NCBI GenBank assembly: GCA_027484085.1
Contig: JAIXQF010000004.1
Location: forward strand, 170,035 to 234,034
Length of the DNA: 64,000 nt
Direction of reading: 5' to 3'
DNA from: Actinomycetales bacterium
Lineage (GTDB): Bacteria > Actinomycetota > Actinomycetes > S36-B12 > UBA5976
Position 1 is the first letter of the stretch; every line of letters starts with the position of its first letter. Shown in pieces: positions 27,140-39,183 of this stretch. Position numbers and translations under genes: made by a program. The notes under the pieces were generated by a model, which saw only the letters and a program-made list of their open reading frames with translations, searched no databases and had not been told where the DNA came from.

Positions 27140-27193
27140 TTGAACTCCTGTTTTGCGCCGGTGATGACGCGATAACTTAACTGGGCGAGACTC

Positions 27194-27760
27194 TTATGAT
27201 ACTTCGGAATGTGGTTTCCACTTGATGCTGCCAAGCGCAATTAGTGCAGCAATCATCAGCACTTGAATGGCGATTGCACTTGGTGAAGTGAGCGAAGCAA
27301 GCAATACATCTCCAAATGATGATGCGGCAACGGCAGATGCCCCAGTAACAGTGATGCTGTAAGTGACAAGTCGACCGGCAGCAAATGCAAGCACCAGCGG
27401 TTTGATTTCAATCGCCTTCATGATTCCAGCAGCTTCGAAGAGCTGAGCCGAGGAAAGTGGGGAAATTAGAAAAAGCGCAAGGAGGGCACGAACATGATGT
27501 TGAGACTTGGTCAAGTGCGAAGCAGCATTTTCCATGTTTTGGACGTAAGAGTTTGGCAACTTATCTCGGTAGCGGCGAAACAAGATTGCTAGAGTCCAGC
27601 GTCCGGTTGAAGCTGCAAGGATTCCCGTAGCGATTAAGACAACATCCGCCATTCCAAGAGTCAAGGCGAAGTATGCAAGTACCGTCCAGGTTGGCGGAGC
27701 AAATGCTGGAAGTAAATTCATTCCATAAACAATCGCAAAGACCATGAATATCTCGAGCAC
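27194..27760 (-). CDS. Membrane protein (VTT/DedA-like)
   Basis: Hydrophobic; NLLPAFAPPTW and SPLSSAQLF motifs. Confidence 0.65.
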   Translation of the reverse strand: MLEIFMVFAIVYGMNLLPAFAPPTWTVLAYFALTLGMADVVLIATGILAASTGRWTLAILFRRYRDKLPNSYVQNMENAASHLTKSQHHVRALLALFLISPLSSAQLFEAAGIMKAIEIKPLVLAFAAGRLVTYSITVTGASAVAASSFGDVLLASLTSPSAIAIQVLMIAALIALGSIKWKPHSEVS

Positions 27761-27780
27761 GATCTAAGAATAGGTGTGGA

Positions 27781-28290
27781 TCAGAAAGTGAAGCCTTCGT
27801 GTGCCAAAAGTTTGGCTTTAAGGTCAACACCAAATCCATAGTTACCAATAGCGCCGCCAGTCTTTACCACTCGATGACATGGCACGATCGGTGCGATTAA
27901 GTTCGTTGCCATTGCGGTTCCGGCGGCTCGAACAGCCAAGGGACGCCCCGCTTTTGCAGCTAGGTCGGCATAACTAATCACGCTTCCTGCTTTAACTTTG
28001 CGCAACGCCTTCCAGACATCTTGGGTGAATTCGCCACCAGGCTGACGAACCTTCAAGGAGTTGAATGCATCCAGGTCTCCATCGATCCAGGATTTAACTA
28101 CCGAAGTTACCCCGGCAAGTTTTGGATCTGATTTGAATTCGACAATGTTTAGCTTGTGGCCTGACTTCTTCAAAAACTTTGGAATCTCACTAAAGGCAGC
28201 ACCAATCACAACTGGCTCTTTCGTTACATCGACAAAAGTAGCAATTGGACCCCATGGGGTTTTGATTTCATAGCCCAACACTGAAGTCAT
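27781..28290 (-). CDS. ogt: Methylated-DNA-protein-cysteine methyltransferase
   Basis: SYADLA, AVRAAG, VPCHRV active site. Confidence 0.9.
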   Translation of the reverse strand: MTSVLGYEIKTPWGPIATFVDVTKEPVVIGAAFSEIPKFLKKSGHKLNIVEFKSDPKLAGVTSVVKSWIDGDLDAFNSLKVRQPGGEFTQDVWKALRKVKAGSVISYADLAAKAGRPLAVRAAGTAMATNLIAPIVPCHRVVKTGGAIGNYGFGVDLKAKLLAHEGFTF

Positions 28291-28685
28291 GTCAACAAAC
28301 CCTTGCGCTCGATGAAGTCCCACTTGTTGCCATACTTATCCGCAAACACCACGACCTTGCCAAACTCTTCGTGCCGTGGTTCTTCAGTAAAGGCAACATT
28401 GTGTTCTGCCATGCGGGCATAGTCGCGATCAAAGTTATCTGTGTACAAGAAAAACATCACGCGGCCACCAGTTTGATTGCCTATGACAGCACTCTGCTCT
28501 GGAGTTGCCGCCTGTGCAAGCAATAGTGCTGCGCCATGGTTTGGATCTGGCGCAACAACAACCCAACGTTTTGTTTCAGACATCTTGGTGTCTTCGATCA
28601 AAGTGAAACCAAGGGCATTTGTGTAGTAATTAATTGCATCGTCGTAGTTATCAACCACGACTGTAATCATTCCTAGGTGTGACAT
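28287..28685 (-). CDS. VOC/glyoxalase family protein
   Basis: VVVDNYDDAI, KRWV, GNQTGGRV, FADKYGNKWD. Confidence 0.88.
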   Translation of the reverse strand: MSHLGMITVVVDNYDDAINYYTNALGFTLIEDTKMSETKRWVVVAPDPNHGAALLLAQAATPEQSAVIGNQTGGRVMFFLYTDNFDRDYARMAEHNVAFTEEPRHEEFGKVVVFADKYGNKWDFIERKGLLT

Positions 28686-29834
28686 TTAATCCTCAAGCAC
28701 ACTTGCCATGCGTATTACCGCTTCTTTGATGATCTCTTTGCTGGTAGCCAGATTCAAGCGTACGAAATCTTTGCCTACGCCACCAAAGTCAGCACCATTA
28801 CTTAAGGCAACTCTGCCTTTATCCAGCAAGAGCTTTGTCACTTCTTCTTGGCCGTATTCACTTAAGTCAATCCAGGCCAGATAAGTGCTGTCTGGAACGG
28901 TGTATTTTGCTTTTGGCAGATGTTTCTTAAGTAACTTTGCTAAGTAATGCCGGTTCTCATCAATGTTCTTTAGCACGGCTTTAAGCCACGGTTCGCCTTG
29001 GTTGTATGCAACAATACTTGCCCATACTCCTAGCAGCGAAGCTCGCCAAGCAGAAGAAATTGGCAGTAACGCTAAGCGATCATTTATTGCAGAATCATCA
29101 GAAACTATTTGCGCGCACTTCAATCCGGCAAGATTCCAAGACTTACTTGCGGAAGTAATACATAGCCCAGTCTCGCGCGCAGTCTCATTTACATTTAGAT
29201 ACGGAATGAATTTGGCACCAGAAAAGATCAGCGGCGCATGAATTTCATCACTGATCACTAGGACGCCATATTTCTTGGCTAGCTCAGCAATTTTTTCTAA
29301 CTCATCCAAGGTGAAAATGTGTCCGACTGGATTATGTGGATGGCAAAGTAGATAAACCTTTGCGCCGGCTGCAAAAGCATCCTCTAAACCTGCAAGGTCG
29401 AGCGCCCATTCATCACCAAGGTGTGAAAGCGGAACATCCACCGCTTCACATTTTGCTTCCTTAATCCAGGTAAAGAAATTCAAGTAAACGGGAGTATTAA
29501 TGACAACCTTGTCGCCAGGCTGGGTCCAAAGCCGCAACACTTCTACTCCAGCAACACCAACATCTGTTGCTAAGTAGAACTGATCTTTGTTAACAGTCCA
29601 GTCCCAATTTCGCTTTGCGTAATTTGCAAATGCTTGGGGAAGTTCAGGGGCGATGCCGGAGTAGCCGGTATCACTGCGCTTAACCATGTCAATCAAGACA
29701 TCGCGAATTGGCTTTGCAATAGGGTAATCCATCTCTGCGACTGGCAGCGGCAAAACATCTTCGGGAAATGTACGCCATTTTGCGCTTCGACGTTTACGAA
29801 GTTCAACTAACGAATCTGCAGAAACTCTGACCAT
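28686..29834 (-). CDS. MalY/PatB PLP-dependent C-S lyase (cystathionine beta-lyase-like)
   Basis: SAKW, LPVAEMD, PHNP, SDEIH, SASKSWNLAG. Confidence 0.88.
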   Translation of the reverse strand: MVRVSADSLVELRKRRSAKWRTFPEDVLPLPVAEMDYPIAKPIRDVLIDMVKRSDTGYSGIAPELPQAFANYAKRNWDWTVNKDQFYLATDVGVAGVEVLRLWTQPGDKVVINTPVYLNFFTWIKEAKCEAVDVPLSHLGDEWALDLAGLEDAFAAGAKVYLLCHPHNPVGHIFTLDELEKIAELAKKYGVLVISDEIHAPLIFSGAKFIPYLNVNETARETGLCITSASKSWNLAGLKCAQIVSDDSAINDRLALLPISSAWRASLLGVWASIVAYNQGEPWLKAVLKNIDENRHYLAKLLKKHLPKAKYTVPDSTYLAWIDLSEYGQEEVTKLLLDKGRVALSNGADFGGVGKDFVRLNLATSKEIIKEAVIRMASVLED

Positions 29835-29853
29835 ATAGTCAGGCTAGCAATGC

Positions 29854-30897
29854 TTAAGGCTTAATGATGGTGATACCTGGCAATGGGTTAGTACCTAGGC
29901 CAGCAAGAGCGTCAGGAACCTGTTCCAAAGAAATTGTTCGTTCGACCAAAGTGTCAGGCCGCAATGTGCCTTCCGCAATCTCATTGAGCATTTGGGGATA
30001 GTGTGCCGCAGACATGCCGTGACTTCCCATGATTGATAGCTCGCGCCCAATCACAGTATGCATCGGAATAGAAGCTTGATCTTTAACTTCGGCCGGCGGT
30101 AACAAACCAACTTGAACATGGCGGCCTAATCGCCGCAATGACTCAACTGCGAGTTTGCTAATTGCAATACTGCCGAGTGCATCAATCGTTAAGTCAGCTC
30201 CAGCTGGTGAATACTTCTTGATTTCCTTCACCACATCATCATGAATCGAATCAAGAACATAATCAGCGCCAGCTAATCGAGCGCGATCGCGAGCAGGATT
30301 TGAAGTATCAATGCCAACGACAGTCGCACCACGAGATTTTGCAATCATTATGGCTGCTAGTCCAACGCCACCGCATCCAAAGACTGCCACGGTTTCTCCA
30401 GCCTGTACTTTGCCGACGTGCACAACAGCTCGATAGGAAGTTGCAAAGCGGCAACCTAAGGCCGCTGCAGTCTCAAATGAAATCGAATCAGGCAGAGCAA
30501 CGACATTGAAGTCAGCATGCGGAACTCGAACGTATTCGGCAAATGAACCTGGTCCGTTAAATCCTGGTTGCCATTGATATAGACAAACTTGCGCATTGCC
30601 TGCTTTGCAATCAATGCAATCGCCACAGCCACAAACAAACGGAACGGTTACTCGGTCGCCAACTTTCCAGCCCTTAACGTCAGCGCCGACTTCAGAAATA
30701 ACCCCAGCGAATTCGTGACCTGGCACATGGGGCAGCTCTGTGATGTCTGAATCATGCCCTTGCCAGCCATGCCAATCACTTCGGCAAAGACCGGTTGCCT
30801 CAACTTTGATAACAACGCCATGGGGCCGAGCCACAGGCATATCCCGATTGGCTATACATAAGGGGCTTCCGAAGGCATCGAACTGGGCTACACGCAT
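29854..30897 (-). CDS. Zn-dependent alcohol dehydrogenase family protein
   Basis: GLCRSD, GHEFAG, CGDCIDC, LGCRFAT, GCGGVG. Confidence 0.9.
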   Translation of the reverse strand: MRVAQFDAFGSPLCIANRDMPVARPHGVVIKVEATGLCRSDWHGWQGHDSDITELPHVPGHEFAGVISEVGADVKGWKVGDRVTVPFVCGCGDCIDCKAGNAQVCLYQWQPGFNGPGSFAEYVRVPHADFNVVALPDSISFETAAALGCRFATSYRAVVHVGKVQAGETVAVFGCGGVGLAAIMIAKSRGATVVGIDTSNPARDRARLAGADYVLDSIHDDVVKEIKKYSPAGADLTIDALGSIAISKLAVESLRRLGRHVQVGLLPPAEVKDQASIPMHTVIGRELSIMGSHGMSAAHYPQMLNEIAEGTLRPDTLVERTISLEQVPDALAGLGTNPLPGITIIKP

Positions 30898-30980
30898 GAA
30901 ATAAGGGTATTCCAGGCGGTCTTATCCACAGGATTCGCCCCCAATTTGCATAAAATCTCTTTCTGCGTATGCTATTTCTC

Positions 30981-31001
30981 ATTGAGTCAACCCGACTCAA
31001 A
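30981..31001 (+). promoter_or_regulatory. HAIR (HspR operator) upstream of dnaK
   Basis: aTTGAGT-CAACCCG-ACTCAAa versus consensus CTTGAGT-N7-ACTCAAG; hspR is in the operon. Confidence 0.88.
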
Positions 31002-31076
31002 GTATCTGATGCTTGAGGTTTCAGGTGCCGTGAGTCGGGTATGACTATAAGCGAAAACCCTTTCTTGGAGGAAAAA

Positions 31077-32900
31077 ATGGCTAAAGCCGTAGGTATCGAC
31101 CTGGGAACCACTAACTCGGTGGTCTCAGTACTTGAAGGTGGAGAACCCACCGTCATTGCAAACGCAGAAGGCGCCCGCACCACACCTAGTGTTGTCGCAT
31201 TCGCAAAGAACGGTGAAGTCCTGGTTGGCGAAGTTGCCAAGCGTCAGGCCGTCACCAACGTAGACCGCACGATCCGTTCCGTGAAGCGTCACATGGGTGA
31301 CACAACTTGGAATGTCGATATCGACGGCAAGAAGTACAACGCTCAGGAAATCTCAGCTCGTATTTTGCAGAAGCTAAAGCGTGATGCCGAGGCTTACCTA
31401 GGCGACACAGTTACTGATGCAGTAATCACTGTTCCGGCTTACTTCAATGATGCACAGCGCCAAGCAACTAAGGATGCTGGCCAGATCGCAGGTTTGAACG
31501 TACTGCGTATTGTCAACGAGCCAACTGCAGCAGCTCTTGCATACGGATTGGATAAGGGCGACAAAGACCAAACAATTTTGGTATTCGACCTTGGTGGTGG
31601 AACGTTCGACGTTTCACTTCTTGAAATTGGTGAAGGCATCGTAGAAGTTAAAGCCACAAGTGGCGATAACAACCTCGGTGGCGACGACTGGGATCAGCGC
31701 GTGGTTGATCACTTAGTTACTCAGTTCAAGAATTCAAACGGTGTTGATTTGTCAGCAGACAAGATTGCCTTGCAGCGCCTTCGCGAAGCAGCTGAAAAAG
31801 CGAAGATCGAACTTTCTTCGTCACAATCAGCAAATATCAACTTGCCTTACATCACTGCATCTGATGCCGGTCCACTTCACCTTGACGAAACTCTGACTCG
31901 TGCAGACTTCCAAAAGATGACAGCAGATCTAATTGATCGCACAAAGACACCTTTCAACCAGGTAATTAAAGATGCTGGCGTCAAGGTATCCGATATCGAT
32001 CACGTAGTTCTTGTTGGTGGCTCAACTCGTATGCCAGCCGTAACCGATTTGGTTAAGGAACTAACGGGTGGACGCGAACCAAATAAGGGCGTTAATCCTG
32101 ACGAAGTAGTTGCAGTAGGCGCTGCACTTCAGGCCGGCGTACTTAAGGGTGAAGTTAAGGATGTGCTGCTTCTTGATGTGACACCGCTATCACTTGGTAT
32201 CGAAACCAAGGGCGGTCTCATGACCAAGATGATCGAACGTAACACCACGATTCCAACAAAGCGTTCGGAAATCTTCACAACTGCTGAAGACAACCAGCCA
32301 TCTGTTTTGATCCAGGTATTCCAGGGTGAACGTGAAATGGCGGCTTACAACAAGAAGCTTGGAACTTTCGAGCTAACTGGTTTGCCACCTGCACCACGTA
32401 ACGTGCCACAGATTGAAGTTGCATTCGACATCGATGCCAACGGTATCGTTCACGTTTCAGCTAAGGATCTTGGAACAGGTAAGGAACAGTCCATGACTAT
32501 CACTGGTGGTGGAGCTCTTTCAAAGGAAGAGATCGATCGCATGATGGCAGATGCCGAATCACACGCTGAAGAAGATCGTCAGCGTCGCGAAGAGGCTGAA
32601 GTTCGCAACCAAGCAGAGTCTTTGGTGTTCCAGACCGAGAAGTTCCTCGAGGAAAGTGGCGACAAAGTTCCAGCAGATGCCAAGGCAAATGTTGATGAAC
32701 CACTTGCTGAACTAAAGGCCGCAATTGCCGGAGACAACATTGAAGCCATCAAGGCTGCAGTCGAAAAGGTTGCAAGTGCCAGCCAGGCTTTGGGTGCTGC
32801 GTTGTACGCAAACACTCAAGCTGAAGGTGGCGAAGCGACTGCCGATGGTGATGACGATGTGGTTGATGCCGAAATCGTGGATGAGACCGAAAAGGTATGA
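31077..32900 (+). CDS. dnaK: Chaperone DnaK
   Basis: [25 protein letters not shown]; RBS GGAGG before ATG 31077. Confidence 0.98.
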   Translation: MAKAVGIDLGTTNSVVSVLEGGEPTVIANAEGARTTPSVVAFAKNGEVLVGEVAKRQAVTNVDRTIRSVKRHMGDTTWNVDIDGKKYNAQEISARILQKLKRDAEAYLGDTVTDAVITVPAYFNDAQRQATKDAGQIAGLNVLRIVNEPTAAALAYGLDKGDKDQTILVFDLGGGTFDVSLLEIGEGIVEVKATSGDNNLGGDDWDQRVVDHLVTQFKNSNGVDLSADKIALQRLREAAEKAKIELSSSQSANINLPYITASDAGPLHLDETLTRADFQKMTADLIDRTKTPFNQVIKDAGVKVSDIDHVVLVGGSTRMPAVTDLVKELTGGREPNKGVNPDEVVAVGAALQAGVLKGEVKDVLLLDVTPLSLGIETKGGLMTKMIERNTTIPTKRSEIFTTAEDNQPSVLIQVFQGEREMAAYNKKLGTFELTGLPPAPRNVPQIEVAFDIDANGIVHVSAKDLGTGKEQSMTITGGGALSKEEIDRMMADAESHAEEDRQRREEAEVRNQAESLVFQTEKFLEESGDKVPADAKANVDEPLAELKAAIAGDNIEAIKAAVEKVASASQALGAALYANTQAEGGEATADGDDDVVDAEIVDETEKV

Positions 32901-33463
32901 GTGACAACGACCAAGGCGTAAACCAGGCCGAGGGCGTAAAGATCACAGATAAGCGCAAGCTTGATCCAGAAACTGGAGCTCCTCGCACATCTTCGGATGC
33001 GCAGGAGTCTCCAGTTTCTGAGCCAGAGGTTGCAAGTGATCCTGTCGCGGAACTTACCGCCGACTTGCAACGTCTTCAGGCTGAGTTTGCGAACTATCGC
33101 AAGCGCGTGGAACGTGATCGCGAGACAACGCGTGATCTCGTCATTTCAAACACACTTGCTGAATTGCTTCCTGTAATTGATGACATCGGTCGTGCTCGCA
33201 CACATGGCGAACTCGAAGGCGCTTTCAAAAGCGTTGGTGAAGCACTTGAATCAACTGTCACTCGTTTAGGCCTCAAGCCTTTTGGCGAACCCGGCGATGA
33301 GTTTGATCCAACAAAGCATGAAGCGATTTCTCATGAATACAGCGCTGATGTTTCGACATCGACTTGCATGAATGTTTTTCAGCCCGGTTATGAATTCAAC
33401 GGCAGAATCATTCGCGCAGCAATTGTGAGTGTCGCTGACCCAGAAACTGCAAACGCCGAATAA
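32897..33463 (+). CDS. grpE: Nucleotide exchange factor GrpE
   Basis: [24 protein letters not shown]; follows dnaK. Confidence 0.96.
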   Translation: MSDNDQGVNQAEGVKITDKRKLDPETGAPRTSSDAQESPVSEPEVASDPVAELTADLQRLQAEFANYRKRVERDRETTRDLVISNTLAELLPVIDDIGRARTHGELEGAFKSVGEALESTVTRLGLKPFGEPGDEFDPTKHEAISHEYSADVSTSTCMNVFQPGYEFNGRIIRAAIVSVADPETANAE

Positions 33464-33510
33464 TTGATTTCTAGCTTGCTAGCGATCTAAAGCATCAGGA
33501 AGGAGACGCT

Positions 33511-34464
33511 ATGAGTGCAAAAGATTTGTATGAAAAGGATTACTACAAAATCCTTGGCGTCGCTAAAGATGCTGATGCTGCAACTATCAAAAAGGCGTAT
33601 CGCAAACTTGCTAAAGATCTTCACCCAGATGCAAATGCGGGCGATAAAAAAATCGAAGAAAAGTTCAAGGCAGTTAGCGAAGCTTACGACGTAGTTTCGG
33701 ATCCAAAACGTCGCGCGGAATATGATGAGGCGCAACGTTATGGTTCGGCCGGGGGACGACGTGGTCCTACAGGTCCAGGTGGATTCCCAGGTGGACGAGG
33801 ACAAAACGTCGAGGATTTATTCGGCGGTGGAGATCTCTCCGATATCTTTGGCGGCCTCTTTGGCGGCGGACGTCAGCGCGGACCGCGCAAGGGCGCAGAT
33901 CTAGAAACTTCAGTAACGATTAGTTTCGAAGACTCGATTCATGGCGTTACCTTGCCGCTTCGGTTGAGTACTGGAAATATTTCAGCTCGAATCCCAGCTG
34001 GTGTAAAAAACGATCAGCGAATTCGCCTCAAGGGTAAAGGCCAAGCAGGAGAGCCAGGTGCACCAGCCGGCGATCTGTTTATCAACGTTGCTGTTTCTCC
34101 GCATCCAGTGTTTGGCCGCGATGGCGATAACTTAACCGTGATCGTTCCGATTCGATTCGATGAGGCCGTTAATGGTGCAGACATCAAGGTTCCAGTACTG
34201 GATGGTCCAGCAGTAACAATTCGAATTCCGGCTGGCACAAAGACTGGTGCAAAATTCCGAGCCCGCGGAAAAGGTGTAGTGCGACCAGAAAAAGCTGGCG
34301 ACTTAATTGTCTCGGTGGACATTGCCGTACCTAAAGATTTATCGGCTGCAGCTCAAAAAGCCTTGGATGAATTTACTTCTGCAACTCAAGACTTTGATCC
34401 CCGCGAAGAATTGATGCGTAAGAGTGGTAACTTATCTGGCGTCAGAAAGGGATCTGATGATTGA
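33511..34464 (+). CDS. dnaJ: DnaJ chaperone lacking the zinc finger
   Basis: J-domain with HPD, G/F-rich region and C-terminal domain; no CxxCxGxG repeats. Confidence 0.9.
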   Translation: MSAKDLYEKDYYKILGVAKDADAATIKKAYRKLAKDLHPDANAGDKKIEEKFKAVSEAYDVVSDPKRRAEYDEAQRYGSAGGRRGPTGPGGFPGGRGQNVEDLFGGGDLSDIFGGLFGGGRQRGPRKGADLETSVTISFEDSIHGVTLPLRLSTGNISARIPAGVKNDQRIRLKGKGQAGEPGAPAGDLFINVAVSPHPVFGRDGDNLTVIVPIRFDEAVNGADIKVPVLDGPAVTIRIPAGTKTGAKFRARGKGVVRPEKAGDLIVSVDIAVPKDLSAAAQKALDEFTSATQDFDPREELMRKSGNLSGVRKGSDD

Positions 34465-34798
34465 TTTTGAGCACGATGACGAGGTTCCGGTTTATGTCAT
34501 TTCGGTGGCCGCTCAAATCGCTGGACTACATCCCCAGACTCTGCGCCAGTATGACCGCCTTGGATTAGTTTCACCGGGCAGATCAGTTGGTCGCAATCGC
34601 CTCTATTCCTTGAAGGACATTCAGCGTTTACGGGAAGTAACAAAACTTTCCAATGAAGGTGTGACGCTTTCTGGAATTATGCGAATTCTGATTTTGGAAG
34701 AACAACTCGAAAAAGCGTTGAAAGAAAATATCCGCCTTCGCGAAGCTATTGGGCCATCGACCGCTGTCGTGGTCTGGCGACCAAATCGACGAGCCTAA
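34457..34798 (+). CDS. hspR: Heat-shock repressor HspR (MerR family)
   Basis: YVISVAAQIAGLHPQTLRQYDRLGLV; follows dnaJ. Confidence 0.95.
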   Translation: MIDFEHDDEVPVYVISVAAQIAGLHPQTLRQYDRLGLVSPGRSVGRNRLYSLKDIQRLREVTKLSNEGVTLSGIMRILILEEQLEKALKENIRLREAIGPSTAVVVWRPNRRA

Positions 34799-34800
34799 AC

Positions 34801-35550
34801 ATGACTGCATTAATCACAGGAGCTAGCGCAGGTATTGGCGCATCCTATGCAAAACAGTTAGCAGCTTCTGGTACCGATTTAGTTTTAGTAGCCAGAGATG
34901 CTGTGCGGCTAGAAACCTTGGCTAATGAACTTAAAGCAAAACACAGTGTTCAAGTTGAAGTCCTGCCAGCAGACCTTGCTAACCGCGGGCAGCTTGAAAA
35001 GGTTTGCACGCGCGCAGCGCAAAGTGACATTGACCTTGTCGTAAACAATGCTGGATTTGGAATCAAACAACCATTTGTTGGTGGCACCATCGAGGCCGAA
35101 CAAAACCTACTTGATGTCTTAGTGATTGCAGTAATGCGAATTACTCATGCGGCATTGCCTGGAATGTTGCAAAGAGATCGTGGTGGCGTTATCAATGTCA
35201 GCTCAGTTGCTGGCTGGATGTCGAGTGGAACATACAGTTCAGCAAAGGCATGGGTTACAAGTTTTAGTGAAGCACTAGCCACGCTTCATAAAGAATCAAA
35301 CGTACACGTGATGGCACTCTGCCCTGGCTACACCCGAACCGAATTTCACGCTCGCGCAAACATGGAAACCGAAACTATCCCAAACTGTATGTGGCTTGAT
35401 GTTGATGCAGCAGTTGCAAAGTCACTAAAGGATTTCAAAAACGGAAAAGTAATCAGTGTCCCAGGAATGCAATACAAGTTCTTAAGTTTGGTTGCGCAAT
35501 ACTTACCACGACCGATAGTCCGAAAACTCTCGGTCGCGTCACGGCGCTAA
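34801..35550 (+). CDS. SDR oxidoreductase (DltE-like)
   Basis: TGASAGIG, NNAG, YSSAK, LCPG. Confidence 0.9.
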   Translation: MTALITGASAGIGASYAKQLAASGTDLVLVARDAVRLETLANELKAKHSVQVEVLPADLANRGQLEKVCTRAAQSDIDLVVNNAGFGIKQPFVGGTIEAEQNLLDVLVIAVMRITHAALPGMLQRDRGGVINVSSVAGWMSSGTYSSAKAWVTSFSEALATLHKESNVHVMALCPGYTRTEFHARANMETETIPNCMWLDVDAAVAKSLKDFKNGKVISVPGMQYKFLSLVAQYLPRPIVRKLSVASRR

Positions 35551-35975
35551 AGCGCAGCTAAAACTTCTTGCGGCGATTCGGTTGTAACTTTCCAGCCACG
35601 CAATCGTGATTGCAACGAAGCCTCTTTAGCGGATTCACCCGCCGCCTCTGTTATTACAACTGTCACAGGAGCATCTGGCCAATCACCGTAATCGCCTCCT
35701 ATAGTTGGCATCACTGGATCGATCAATACATAGCCAACTGCGGGGCGGCGAAGCGACCTGCGACTAAATCCAATTGCTGGGGCATGAACACTTGTCTCGC
35801 CATGAAATACCAAAATCAATGGCTCAGCTGTGCTGGCAAGTTGTGACGCAACGTGAGTTACCCAGCGAACTGAATCAGCTGGAGGGGTAATCACTAGCGG
35901 TGTCTTGGCAAGGGACACCTGCACCGACACCGTATTAATACCGTCAGTCTCTGGAAGGAACGCAATAGTGGCCAT
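35547..35975 (-). CDS. Hypothetical protein (reduced alpha/beta-hydrolase-like)
   Basis: LILVFHG...GYVLID...DWPDAP; no GxSxG nucleophile. Confidence 0.55.
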   Translation of the reverse strand: MATIAFLPETDGINTVSVQVSLAKTPLVITPPADSVRWVTHVASQLASTAEPLILVFHGETSVHAPAIGFSRRSLRRPAVGYVLIDPVMPTIGGDYGDWPDAPVTVVITEAAGESAKEASLQSRLRGWKVTTESPQEVLAAL

Positions 35976-36062
35976 TAGATAACTTTGCCATGAGTAAAAC
36001 AAAATGTGTACTGGCAGAGCGAGCCAGATAAATTCATGAAGTTTAACTGTGATACTTGAGTA

Positions 36063-36386
36063 ATGGCTTGGATATATTTATTGCTTGCAATCATGTTCGA
36101 GTTAATTGGCACAACTGCCCTCAAGTTTTCAGATGGTTTCACGAAGCTGTACTGGACCATGGGAATGGCCGTTAGTTATGGTTTGGCTTTTTACCTTTTG
36201 GCAATTGTCGTAAAGACCATTCCGTTAGGAATTGCTTACGCGGTTTGGGCTGGCCTTGGAACTTTAGGCGCATTCTTCATTTCCATCTACATCTTCAAGA
36301 CCGAAGCCAGCAATCTTGCTTGGTTTGGTGTGATCTTGGTTGTTACTGGCGTCGTACTGCTCAATGCTGGAAGCAACAGCCACTAA
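36063..36386 (+). CDS. SMR family small multidrug transporter
   Basis: WIYLLLAIMFELIGT (conserved Glu), AYAVWAG; four TM helices. Confidence 0.92.
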   Translation: MAWIYLLLAIMFELIGTTALKFSDGFTKLYWTMGMAVSYGLAFYLLAIVVKTIPLGIAYAVWAGLGTLGAFFISIYIFKTEASNLAWFGVILVVTGVVLLNAGSNSH

Positions 36387-36421
36387 GCCTTTGCCTAAAG
36401 CAAGTAGCAGCACTTAGTTAG

Positions 36422-37063
36422 TTATGCGTTTGGAATTTCCCAATTATCTTGTTGATCCATTATTGAATGAAGAGTCTGTTCGGCAGTAGAAACTATTTGA
36501 CTAGTTTTTGAGATCAAATCTTGAGCGGATTCCGAACTCAGCAAGTCGTATTGATCCAACTCTCCTATGGGTAAGATTCCGGCTAATTGCCAACACGCTT
36601 CCATTGGGTCATCACTAAGTACAAAGTCTGCGCCGAACTGCAAGTTCGTAAACTCGCTTGCGAATGCCAACAATTGACGAACTTTAGTTTCAAGTTGGAT
36701 TTTGGATTCCAATAGGTTCGCATCCCAAACCAAGTCGGGAATGAATTCAATGACAGCGAGTGGATATGGATCATCGGGTAACCAAGTTTCAACTTTGAAT
36801 CTTTGTGTGCCAACGGATTCCAAGCCATAAAATTCTTCGGTTGTTCCAATGTTGGTAACGGCGGCAAGTGTTCCGATGTCCATTCGCTTTTCGCCGCCAC
36901 CAATTTCAATCCCGCGCTCAATCAGCACAACTCCAAATTCAGGATTCTCCGAACCCATCAAATCTCCAAGCAGCTTGAGATAACGAGGTTCAAATATGCG
37001 TAGCGGAAGGGGCATGCCTGGCAGCAATACGGTTCCCAGTGGAAACATTGGCATTACAGTCAC
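36422..37063 (-). CDS. Lon protease N-terminal substrate-binding domain protein
   Basis: PMFPLGTVLLPG...LRIFEPRY, FGVVLI. Confidence 0.88.
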   Translation of the reverse strand: MTVMPMFPLGTVLLPGMPLPLRIFEPRYLKLLGDLMGSENPEFGVVLIERGIEIGGGEKRMDIGTLAAVTNIGTTEEFYGLESVGTQRFKVETWLPDDPYPLAVIEFIPDLVWDANLLESKIQLETKVRQLLAFASEFTNLQFGADFVLSDDPMEACWQLAGILPIGELDQYDLLSSESAQDLISKTSQIVSTAEQTLHSIMDQQDNWEIPNA

Positions 37064-37174
37064 TGTGCACCAGACCCAATCTTTAGATTTGAAATAAGTA
37101 TATGTATGGGCAAATCCATGAACGGCTCTATGTGGCTAAAAAACCCTTATTTTTCGGCATCCTGGGGATTTCGA

Positions 37175-37236
37175 TTTGCACTCTAGGGGGGAGAGTGCCA
37201 ACAATAGTATTAGCACTCGGAACCCCCGAGTGATAA
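37175..37236 (+). promoter_or_regulatory. Tandem CIRCE elements (HrcA operators)
   Basis: TTTGCACTC-N9-GAGTGCCAA (37175-37201) and TTAGCACTC-N9-GAGTGATAA (37210-37236). Confidence 0.93.
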
Positions 37237-38947
<1,711 letters not shown>

Positions 38948-38974
38948 AAGTTCATCTGAAGAAGTTCAAAACAA

Positions 38975-39010
38975 GAACGGCTCCGAGATTTCTCGGGGCC
39001 GTTCCTTTGT
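38975..39010 (+). terminator. Intrinsic terminator of groEL
   Basis: GAACGGCTCCGAGA-TT-TCTCGGGGCCGTTC followed by CTTTGTGTT. Confidence 0.88.
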
Positions 39011-39183
39011 GTTAACAAAAGAGCAGGCGCGCTTTATGCGTACTCCTGAAAGGCAGACTTGGCGGTTTTCTTGGACATACCGAGGTTTCGTTGGATCTGG
39101 GACGTTTGAGACTTCAGCAACAGTTAGGCTGTAGGTCGAAGGCGCGCCCTTCCTTTGAAGTTGCCAATAGTTCGGAGTAGGCC

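Noticed and set aside
39011-39183. Cyclic-dinucleotide riboswitch ahead of the surface protein
   Set aside because: Only a short GAAGG/CCTTC hairpin; no recognisable c-di-GMP or c-di-AMP consensus.
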